Source: Cenarchaeum sp. (lineage in GTDB: Archaea > Thermoproteota > Nitrososphaeria > Nitrososphaerales > Nitrosopumilaceae). Taken from it: DNA of 64,000 nucleotides. The stretch spans positions 1,611,136 through 1,675,135 of the forward strand of contig CBDESU010000002.1 of NCBI GenBank assembly GCA_965242695.1, in the 5' to 3' direction. Positions 57,201 through 64,000 of this stretch are shown piece after piece. The position numbers were made by a program, and so were the translations under genes. Position 1 is the first letter of the stretch. Every line of letters begins with the position of its first letter. The notes under the pieces are model-generated. The model was not told the DNA's origin. It ran no database searches and was given only the letters and a program-made list of their open reading frames with translations.

Positions 57201-60200
57201 CGACTCGACACGTCCGCCCCGTCCGTAACCGGCGTAGATTCGCCGAACTCGACGGGCACGTACGGGCCGGGATCCGAGATACACATAGAGGTCTCGTTCA
57301 GCACCGCGGTCTCGGTCACGGGTACGCCGCGCCTCGCACTTGGCACGGGCAACAGCCCTGCCGGAGCCGCTACATACGCATCGGGCGGAGGCACCGCCAC
57401 GCTGACGTTCAACTACACGGTGAGGGTGGGCGACCTGTCGGACGGCCTGGACTACGCGGGGCCGGATGCGCTGGACCTGGGCGGCGGGAAGATAACGGAT
57501 GCCATCGACGGCCGGAACGCGAGCCTCGCGCTGCCCGGGCCGAGAGGGCCCGGCTCGCTCTCGCACTCGGCGGGCATAGCGGTGGACGGGGTCGCCGCCC
57601 GCGTAAAGGCCGTCAACTCCACGACGCCCGACGGGGCGTACTCGGAGGGCCGAAAGGTACTCGTCGCGGTGAACTTTGACGAGCCGGTGCTGCTGTCGGG
57701 GCCACCGCCACCGTCGCTGGAGCTCGGGCTGGACGGAGGCGCGCGGCAGGCCGGGTACAAGTCGGGCAACGGCTCACGCGCGCTGGTGTTCGAGTACGAG
57801 GTGGCCGGCGGCGACACTGCTGCGGACCTGGACTACACGGGAAACGGCTCGCTGAGCGGCGGCGGCGGCGTAGTGGATGCCGTCGGAAACGCGGCCAACC
57901 TGACGCTTCCGCAACCCGGCCAGAACGGCTCGCTAGGCGGCACATCCGACATCCGCATCGACACCGACGACCCGACCGTATCCCGCGTATACTCGCCTGA
58001 CCGGCCGGGCCCGTACGGCGCCGGCTCGAGGATCAACGTCACGGTCGCGTTCAGCGAGCCCGTCTTCCTGGCCGGCGGCGCCGACCCGCGCCTCGAGCTG
58101 GAGACTGGAACGATCGACCAGTCCGCCGTATTCACGTCGGGCAACGGCACGGCGCTGCTCAACTTTACGTACGCGGTGCAGGCAGGCGACAGCACGCCCG
58201 ACCTCAACTACACGACAGAAAACGCCCTGGCCCTCCTGGGCGGCACCGGCGCGATCCGCGACGAGGCCGGCAACGGCGCGATCCTAGAGCTTCCGGATCC
58301 CGCCTCTGCGCTGTCGCTAGGCGGCACATCCGACATCCGCATCGACACCGACGACCCGACCGTCCTTCGCGTGCACTCGCCTGACCGGCCGGGCCCGTAC
58401 GGCATCGGCTCGAGGATCAACGTCACGGTCGCGTTCAGCGAGCCCGTCTTCCTTGCCGGCGGCGCCAACCCGCGCCTCGAGCTGGAGACGGGAGCGACGG
58501 ACCGCAACGCGACCTTTGTGTCCGTGCACGACTCGGCCAGCCTCAGGTTCGAGTACGCGGTGCAGGCAGGCGACAGCACGCCCGACCTCAACTACACGAC
58601 AGAAAACGCCCTGGCCCTCCTGGGCGGCACCGGCGCGATCCGCGACGAGGCCGGCAACGACGCCGACCTTGATCTCCCGGATCCAGCCTCTGCGCAGTCG
58701 CTCGGCCAGACGTCGGACATCGAGGTCGACACGGCCGGGCCGCGCGTCATACGCGTGCACTCGCCGGATCCGCCCGGCCCGTACCGCGAGGGATCGGCGA
58801 TCCGCATAGCCGTCTCGTTCAACGAGCCCGTCTTCCTTGCCGGCGGCGCCAACCCGCGCCTCGAGCTGGAGACTGGAACGATCGACCAGTCGGCCACGTA
58901 CGACGCGGGCAACGGCACGGCGCTGCTCAACTTTACGTACGCGGTGCAGGCAGGCGACAGCACGCCCGACCTCAACTACACGGGCACAGGCGCCCTGGCC
59001 CTCCTGGGCGGCACCGGAACGATCCGCGACGAGGCCGGCAACGGCGCGATCCTAGAGCTTCCGGATCCAGCCTCTGCGCAGTCGCTCGGCCAGACGTCGG
59101 ACATCGAGGTCGACACGGCCGGGCCGCGCGTCATACGCGTGCACTCGCCTGACCGGCCGGGCCCGTACGGCATCGGCTCGAGGATCAACGTCACGGTCGC
59201 GTTCAGCGAGCCCGTCTTCCTTGCCGGCGGCGCCAACCCGCGCCTCGAGCTGGAGACGGGAGCGACGGACCGCAACGCGACCTTTGTGTCCGTGCACGAC
59301 TCGGCCAGCCTCAGGTTCGAGTACGCGGTGCAGGCAGGCGACAGCACGCCCGACCTCAACTACACGACAGAAAACGCCCTGGCCCTCCTGGGCGGCACCG
59401 GCGCGATCCACGACGAGGCCGGCAACGGCGCGATCCTAGAGCTTCCGGATCCAGCCTCTGCGCAGTCGCTCGGCCAGACGTCGGACATCGAGGTCGACAC
59501 GGCCGGGCCGCGCGTCATACGCGTGCACTCGCCTGACCGGCCGGGCCCGTACGGCATCGGCTCGAGGATCAACGTCACGGTCGCGTTCAGCGAGCCCGTC
59601 TTCCTTGCCGGCGGCGCCAACCCGCGCCTCGAGCTGGAGACGGGAGCGACGGACCGCAACGCGACCTTTGTGTCCGTGCACGACTCGGCCAGCCTCAGGT
59701 TCGAGTACGCGGTGCAGGCAGGCGACAGCACGCCCGACCTCAACTACACGCGCACGGGCGCACTGACCCTCCTGGGCGGCACCGGCGCGATCCGCGACGA
59801 GGCCGGCAACGGCGCGATCCTAGAGCTTCCGGATCCAGCCTCTGCGCAGTCGCTCGGCCAGACGTCGGACATCGAGGTCGACACGGCCGGGCCGCGCGTC
59901 ATACGCGTGCACTCGCCTGACCGGCCGGGCCCGTACGGCATCGGCTCGAGGATCAACGTCACGGTCGCGTTCAGCGAGCCCGTCTTCCTTGCCGGCGGCG
60001 CCAACCCGCGCCTCGAGCTGGAGACGGGAGCGACGGACCGCAACGCGACCTTTGTGTCCGTGCACGACTCGGCCAGCCTCAGGTTCGAGTACGCGGTGCA
60101 GGCAGGCGACAGCACGCCCGACCTCAACTACACGCGCACAGGCGCCCTGGCCCTCCTGGGCGGCACCGGCGCGATCCACGACGAGGCCGGCAACGGCGCG

Positions 60201-63200
60201 ATCCTGGCCCTCCCGGATCCAGCCTCTGCGCTGTCGCTCGGCCAGATGTCGGACATCGAGGTCGACACGGCCGGGCCGCGCGTCATACGCGTGCATTCGC
60301 CGGATCCGCCCGGCCCGTACGGCATCGGCTCGAGGATCAACGTCACGGTCGCGTTCAGCGAGCCCGTCTTCCTTGCCGGCGGCGCCAACCCGCGCCTCGA
60401 GCTGGAGACGGGAGCGACGGACCGCAACGCGACCTTTGTGTCCGTGCACGACTCGGCCAGCCTCAGGTTCGAGTACGCGGTGCAGGCAGGCGACAGCACG
60501 CCCGACCTCAACTACACGCGCACGGGCGCACTGACCCTCCTGGGCGGCACCGGCGCGATCCACGACGAGGCCGGCAACGGCGCGATCCTGGCCCTCCCGG
60601 ATCCAGCCTCTGCGCTGTCGCTCGGCCAGACGTCGGACATCGAGGTCGACACGGCCGGGCCGCGCGTCATACGCGTGCATTCGCCGGATCCACCAGGCCC
60701 GTACCGCGAGGGCGCGGCGATCCGTATAGTCGTCTCGTTCGACGAGCCCGTCTTCCTGGCCGGCGGCGCCGACCCGCGCCTCGAGCTGGATATCGGCGCA
60801 GCCGGCCGCAACGTTACGACGCCATCGGGCAGCGGCACGACAAGTCTTGAATTTGTGTACACTGTGCTGGATGACGACAACACAGCCGACCTAAACTACA
60901 CATCTGCCTACGCCCTTACACTTCCGACCGGCACGATCCGCGACGAGGCCGGCAACGATGCGATCCGGACACTTCCGAGCCCTGACTCGCCTGAGTCACT
61001 TGGCTCGACTTCGGGCATCATATTGGACACCAATGTACCGGGTGTCACAAGCGTGCACTCGCCGGATCCGCCAGGCCCGTACCGCGAGGGCGCGGCGATC
61101 CGCATAACCGTCTCGTTCGACGAGCCCGTATTCCTGGCCGGCGGCGCCGACCCGCGCCTCGAGCTGGAGACCGGAACGATCGACCAGTCGGCCACGTACG
61201 ACGCGGGCAACGGCACAGCGCTGCTCAACTTTACGTACACGGTGCAGGCAGGCGACAGCACGCCCGACCTCAACTACACGGGCACAGGCGCACTGACCCT
61301 CCTGGGCGGCATCGGCACGATCAGGGATGCGCAGGGCAACGACGCCGCCCTGGCCCTGCCGGATCCCAACTCGACGCAGTCGCTCGGCGGCACGTCCGAC
61401 ATCCGCATCGACACCGACGACCCGACCGTCCTTCGCGTGCACTCGCCTGACCGGCCGGGCCCGTACGGCACCGGCTCGAGGATCAACGTCACGGTCGCGT
61501 TCAGCGAGCCCGTCTTCCTGGCCGGCGGCGCCAACCCCCGCCTCGAGCTGGAGACCGGCACGATCGACCAGTCCGCCGTGTACGAATCAGGCGACGGCAT
61601 GCCCCTGCTCAACTTCACATACACGGTGCAGGCGAACGACAACACGCCCGACCTCAACTACACGCGCACGGGCGCCCTGACCCTCCTGGGCGATATCGGC
61701 GCGATCCGCGACGAGGCCGGCAACGATGCCGACCTTGATCTCCCGGATCCCGCCTCTGCGCAGTCGCTCGGCCAGACGTCGGACATCGAGGTCGACACTG
61801 CCGGGCCGCGCGTCATACGCGTGCACTCGCCGGATCCGTCCGGCCCGTACCGCGAGGGCGCGGCGATCCGCATAACCGTCTCGTTCGACGAGCCCGTATT
61901 CCTGGCCGGCGGCGCCAACCCCCGCCTCGAGCTGGAGACCGGCACGATCGACCAGTCCGCGACGTACGAATCGGGCGACGGCACGCCCCTGCTCAACTTC
62001 ACATACACGGTGCAGGCGAACGACAACACGCCCGACCTCAACTACACGCGCACGGGCGCCCTGGCCCTCCTGGGCAACATCGGCACGATCAGGGATGCGC
62101 AGGGCAACGACGCGATCCGAACCCTGCCGGATCCCGCCTCTGCGCAGTCGCTCGGCGGCGCGTCCGACATCCGCATCGACACCGTTTCCCCGTCCATATC
62201 GCGCGTATACTCGCCGGATCCGCCGGACGCGTACGGCATCGGCTCGAGGATCAACGTCACGGTCGCGTTCAGCGAGTCCGTCTTCCTGGCTGGCGGCGCC
62301 AACCCCCGCCTCGAGCTGGATATGGTCGCGACGGACCGCAACGCGACCTTTGTGTCCGTGCACGACTCGGCCAACCTCCGGTTCGAGTACACGGTGCGGG
62401 CCGGCGACAACACGCCCGACCTCAACTACACGCGCACGGGCGCCCTGACCCTCCTGGGCGATATCGGCGCGATCCGCGACGAGGCCGGCAACGATGCCGA
62501 CCTTGATCTCCCGGATCCCGCCTCTGCGCAGTCGCTCGGCCAGACGTCGGACATCAAGGTCGACACGGCCGGGCCGCGCGTCATACGCGTGCACTCGCCG
62601 GATCCGCCAGGCCCGTACCGCGAGGGCGCGGCGATCCGCATAACCGTCTCGTTCGACGAGCCCGTATTCCTGGCCGGCGGCGCCGACCCGCGCCTCGAGC
62701 TGGAGACGGGCGTTAACGACCAGTCCGCCGTGTACGACTCGGGCGACGGCACGCCCCTGCTCAACTTCACATACACGGTGCAGGCGGACGACAACACGCC
62801 CGACCTCAACTACACGACTGCGATCGCCCTGACCCTCTTGGGCGGCGCCGGCACGATCAGGGATGCGCAGGGCAACGACGCCATCCTGGAGCTTCCGGCC
62901 CCCCATGTGGAGACATCGCTAGGCGGCACGTCCGACATCATAGTCGACACCGATGACCCGTCCGTAACCCGCGTATACTCGCCGGATCCGCCGGACGCGT
63001 ACGGCATCGGCTCGAGGATCAACGTCACGGTCGCGTTCAGCGAGCCCGTCTTCCTGGCTGGCGGCGCCGACCCGCGCCTCGAGCTGGATATGGTCGCGAC
63101 GGACCGCAACGCGACCTTTGTCTCGGGGGATGCCTCGGCCAACCTCCGGTTCGAGTACACGGTGCGGGCCGGCGACAACACGCCCGACCTCAACTACACG

Positions 63201-64000
63201 ACAGAAAACGCACTGACCCTCTTGGGCGGCGCCGGCGCGATCCGCGACGAGGCCGGCAACGATGCCGACCTTGATCTCCCGGATCCCGCCTCTGCGCAGT
63301 CGCTCGGCCAGACGTCGGACATCAAGGTCGACACGGCCGGGCCGCGCGTCATACGCGTGCACTCGCCGGATCCGCCGGGCCCGTACCGCGCCGCCTCGGT
63401 GATCAACGTCACGGTCGCGTTCAGCGAGCCCGTATTCCTGGCCGGCGGCGCCGACCCGCGCCTCGAGCTGGAGACGGGCGTTAACGACCAGTCCGCCGTG
63501 TACGACTCGGGCGACGGCACGCCCCTGCTCAACTTCACATACACGGTGCAGGCGGACGACAACACGCCCGACCTCAACTATACGACCGAAAACGCCCTGA
63601 CCCTCTTGGGCGGCGCCGGCACGATCAGGGATGCGCAGGGCAACGGCGCGATCCGAACCCTGCCAGATCCCGCCACTGCGCAGTCGCTAGGCGGCACGTC
63701 CGACATCCGCATCGACACAGATGCCCCGTCCATATCGCGCGTATACTCGCCGGATTCGACGGACGCGTACGGCATCGGCTCGAGGATCAACGTCACGGTC
63801 GCGTTCAGCGAGCCCGTCTTCCTGGCCGGCGGCGCCGACCCGCGCCTCGAGCTGGAGACGGGCACAACGGACCGCAACGCGACCTTTGTGTCCGTGCACG
63901 ACTCGACCAACCTCCGGTTCGAGTACACGGTGCGGGCCGGCGACAACACGCCCGACCTCAACTACACGACAGAAAACGCACTGACCCTCCTGGGCGGCGC
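54294..64000 (+). CDS. Giant repeat surface protein, >3200 aa, 3'-truncated by window (absent from the ORF track)
   Basis: Frame +3 from ATG 54294/54303 after GAGGAGG. Hydrophobic signal (ILVLSAAAAVAAAVSC), NHL-like repeats (PYDVAVGPSGLIHVSDTG), then ~128-aa Ig-like repeats in the same frame. No stop found at the positions checked, and the track lists no terminated ORF in this frame. Confidence 0.88.
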   Translation, partial: MASMVECWAVARAAHRSSLRTILVLSAAAAVAAAVSCLSPPPYLPGADHAGPHAEFGLALHGMDPYLPAAAGQVTPPPPLLPEQGTYGNYTVHVSYDDAFRFDLPLECGAAPAGDNRQPNPYDVAVGPSGLIHVSDTGCQAIHVFHRNGSLSHRFQMNNVTVNGTSTAVRPLGIAVDTSGHIFAGIGQWVRLFPWQTTVRDVDALQVYHPNGSFDRLFPIPDMNRITRSVDVGPMGQVAITDLPRDDHETVRVYHPNASLAFVPETPVSRIPWLGEHVHTPTRWHIPVSLDYGPSGLLAVSEDTGPTYHDYYITVHNPDGTLAFNILNNRTIEFEKQRGVAFGPWGRIALVDLTNRAVHVYYMDPPEVGPLWRQILDNGIWPTPYWSTPDWTAYRNTRAMYVDPPPLLYPDASPAFILSNGTGGGGDGEFSPIRVEMEDSGLMLVVDERSGRVMVFEIDTATVSGVDTRLVGLGALGAPGTPPLSTGQTVVIDVNFTRPLSINTTGGTPYMMLGDGTASPPRYARLATPDGAADLLSFSYTVRQGDTLADMSYAGAGALALNGSFITGGSLGLPVLARLPEPEIFGISPLRAYSPNASGAYGEGSRIAVHVEYPEEVTVHPDPPGSEIGLELGVPAPGGGPNRAAAYASGNGSSTLVFVYTVGGGENAADLDYAGTEPMRGVLVLDGRGNVASLELPPPGRNGSLGHSSDLEIDTAAPRAIRVHSPDAPGAYGAGSRINVTVAFSEPVFLAGGANPRLELETGTTDQPAVFTSGNGTALLNFTYAVQAGDSTPDLNYTTENALTLLGGTGTIRDEAGNGAIMELPGPSTTSSLGGTSDIAVDTERPRVLRVGSEADNGVYRANQIIDIVVAFDEDIFAASGAGGGAPRLELAAGPDRRYAEYHSPGAAASELVFRYAVQLGDAASDLEYAGRRALEPNGGTIADAAGNPANMTLPPTGQSGSLGHTKDIRLDTSAPSVTGVDSPNSTGTYGPGSEIHIEVSFSTAVSVTGTPRLALGTGNSPAGAATYASGGGTATLTFNYTVRVGDLSDGLDYAGPDALDLGGGKITDAIDGRNASLALPGPRGPGSLSHSAGIAVDGVAARVKAVNSTTPDGAYSEGRKVLVAVNFDEPVLLSGPPPPSLELGLDGGARQAGYKSGNGSRALVFEYEVAGGDTAADLDYTGNGSLSGGGGVVDAVGNAANLTLPQPGQNGSLGGTSDIRIDTDDPTVSRVYSPDRPGPYGAGSRINVTVAFSEPVFLAGGADPRLELETGTIDQSAVFTSGNGTALLNFTYAVQAGDSTPDLNYTTENALALLGGTGAIRDEAGNGAILELPDPASALSLGGTSDIRIDTDDPTVLRVHSPDRPGPYGIGSRINVTVAFSEPVFLAGGANPRLELETGATDRNATFVSVHDSASLRFEYAVQAGDSTPDLNYTTENALALLGGTGAIRDEAGNDADLDLPDPASAQSLGQTSDIEVDTAGPRVIRVHSPDPPGPYREGSAIRIAVSFNEPVFLAGGANPRLELETGTIDQSATYDAGNGTALLNFTYAVQAGDSTPDLNYTGTGALALLGGTGTIRDEAGNGAILELPDPASAQSLGQTSDIEVDTAGPRVIRVHSPDRPGPYGIGSRINVTVAFSEPVFLAGGANPRLELETGATDRNATFVSVHDSASLRFEYAVQAGDSTPDLNYTTENALALLGGTGAIHDEAGNGAILELPDPASAQSLGQTSDIEVDTAGPRVIRVHSPDRPGPYGIGSRINVTVAFSEPVFLAGGANPRLELETGATDRNATFVSVHDSASLRFEYAVQAGDSTPDLNYTRTGALTLLGGTGAIRDEAGNGAILELPDPASAQSLGQTSDIEVDTAGPRVIRVHSPDRPGPYGIGSRINVTVAFSEPVFLAGGANPRLELETGATDRNATFVSVHDSASLRFEYAVQAGDSTPDLNYTRTGALALLGGTGAIHDEAGNGAILALPDPASALSLGQMSDIEVDTAGPRVIRVHSPDPPGPYGIGSRINVTVAFSEPVFLAGGANPRLELETGATDRNATFVSVHDSASLRFEYAVQAGDSTPDLNYTRTGALTLLGGTGAIHDEAGNGAILALPDPASALSLGQTSDIEVDTAGPRVIRVHSPDPPGPYREGAAIRIVVSFDEPVFLAGGADPRLELDIGAAGRNVTTPSGSGTTSLEFVYTVLDDDNTADLNYTSAYALTLPTGTIRDEAGNDAIRTLPSPDSPESLGSTSGIILDTNVPGVTSVHSPDPPGPYREGAAIRITVSFDEPVFLAGGADPRLELETGTIDQSATYDAGNGTALLNFTYTVQAGDSTPDLNYTGTGALTLLGGIGTIRDAQGNDAALALPDPNSTQSLGGTSDIRIDTDDPTVLRVHSPDRPGPYGTGSRINVTVAFSEPVFLAGGANPRLELETGTIDQSAVYESGDGMPLLNFTYTVQANDNTPDLNYTRTGALTLLGDIGAIRDEAGNDADLDLPDPASAQSLGQTSDIEVDTAGPRVIRVHSPDPSGPYREGAAIRITVSFDEPVFLAGGANPRLELETGTIDQSATYESGDGTPLLNFTYTVQANDNTPDLNYTRTGALALLGNIGTIRDAQGNDAIRTLPDPASAQSLGGASDIRIDTVSPSISRVYSPDPPDAYGIGSRINVTVAFSESVFLAGGANPRLELDMVATDRNATFVSVHDSANLRFEYTVRAGDNTPDLNYTRTGALTLLGDIGAIRDEAGNDADLDLPDPASAQSLGQTSDIKVDTAGPRVIRVHSPDPPGPYREGAAIRITVSFDEPVFLAGGADPRLELETGVNDQSAVYDSGDGTPLLNFTYTVQADDNTPDLNYTTAIALTLLGGAGTIRDAQGNDAILELPAPHVETSLGGTSDIIVDTDDPSVTRVYSPDPPDAYGIGSRINVTVAFSEPVFLAGGADPRLELDMVATDRNATFVSGDASANLRFEYTVRAGDNTPDLNYTTENALTLLGGAGAIRDEAGNDADLDLPDPASAQSLGQTSDIKVDTAGPRVIRVHSPDPPGPYRAASVINVTVAFSEPVFLAGGADPRLELETGVNDQSAVYDSGDGTPLLNFTYTVQADDNTPDLNYTTENALTLLGGAGTIRDAQGNGAIRTLPDPATAQSLGGTSDIRIDTDAPSISRVYSPDSTDAYGIGSRINVTVAFSEPVFLAGGADPRLELETGTTDRNATFVSVHDSTNLRFEYTVRAGDNTPDLNYTTENALTLLGG
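55670..64000 (+). repeat. Tandem ~384-bp (128-aa) repeat array, about 21-22 units visible
   Basis: Period is exactly 384 from 58208 to 60512 and from 61274 to 63961; units before ~57830 are diverged. Confidence 0.93.

Noticed and set aside
57833-63961. Series of ~127-aa minus-strand ORFs (MRSGVLSPAC...) that look like a tandem gene family
   Set aside because: They are antisense shadows of the + strand 384-bp repeat; the stops come from the recurring CTA in AAC TAC codons.
16653-64000. Diversity-generating retroelement behind the repeat variation
   Set aside because: No reverse transcriptase in the window, and differences between repeat copies are not visibly adenine-specific.

Overview
Very GC-rich archaeal chromosomal window, most likely a Nitrososphaerota (Thaumarchaeota) genome. 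The evidence is a DnaJ-ferredoxin fusion, a CFI-box-CTERM surface protein, RpoP, ABCE1, PINA, a stand-alone 5S rRNA, and TATA boxes about 25-30 nt upstream of many starts; a host-associated, Cenarchaeum-like lineage is plausible but only inferred. A backbone of intact housekeeping genes (PINA, DtxR-type regulator, tRNA-CAT, Ard1, Trm5, ABCE1, 5S, PepA, JAB, RpoP, 3-hydroxyacyl-CoA dehydrogenase, HIT, DnaJ-Fer, HemL) is interrupted by accessory modules. These are: (1) a DUF3800-like RNase H-fold gene abutting a nested-hairpin candidate ncRNA with its own TATA box; (2) a receptor-like protein (signal peptide, Ig-like domains, TM helix, cytoplasmic PIN domain) next to the tRNA; (3) two paralogous GNAT toxin / mini-antitoxin pairs; (4) a lower-GC PD-(D/E)xK nuclease cassette behind the 5S gene, with an in-phase A_AAA_AAC slippery site and a 33-bp direct repeat upstream; (5) a TPR-wHTH plus PIN pair; (6) two giant repeat surface proteins, one with 3 x ~2.52-kb NHL units and one with a mosaic 384-bp repeat array that runs off the window end and is missing from the ORF track. 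Four apparent -1 frame breaks all fall in accessory genes, and six intergenic poly-G tracts all lie on the + strand. All family calls come from motif recognition by eye; no database search was run.
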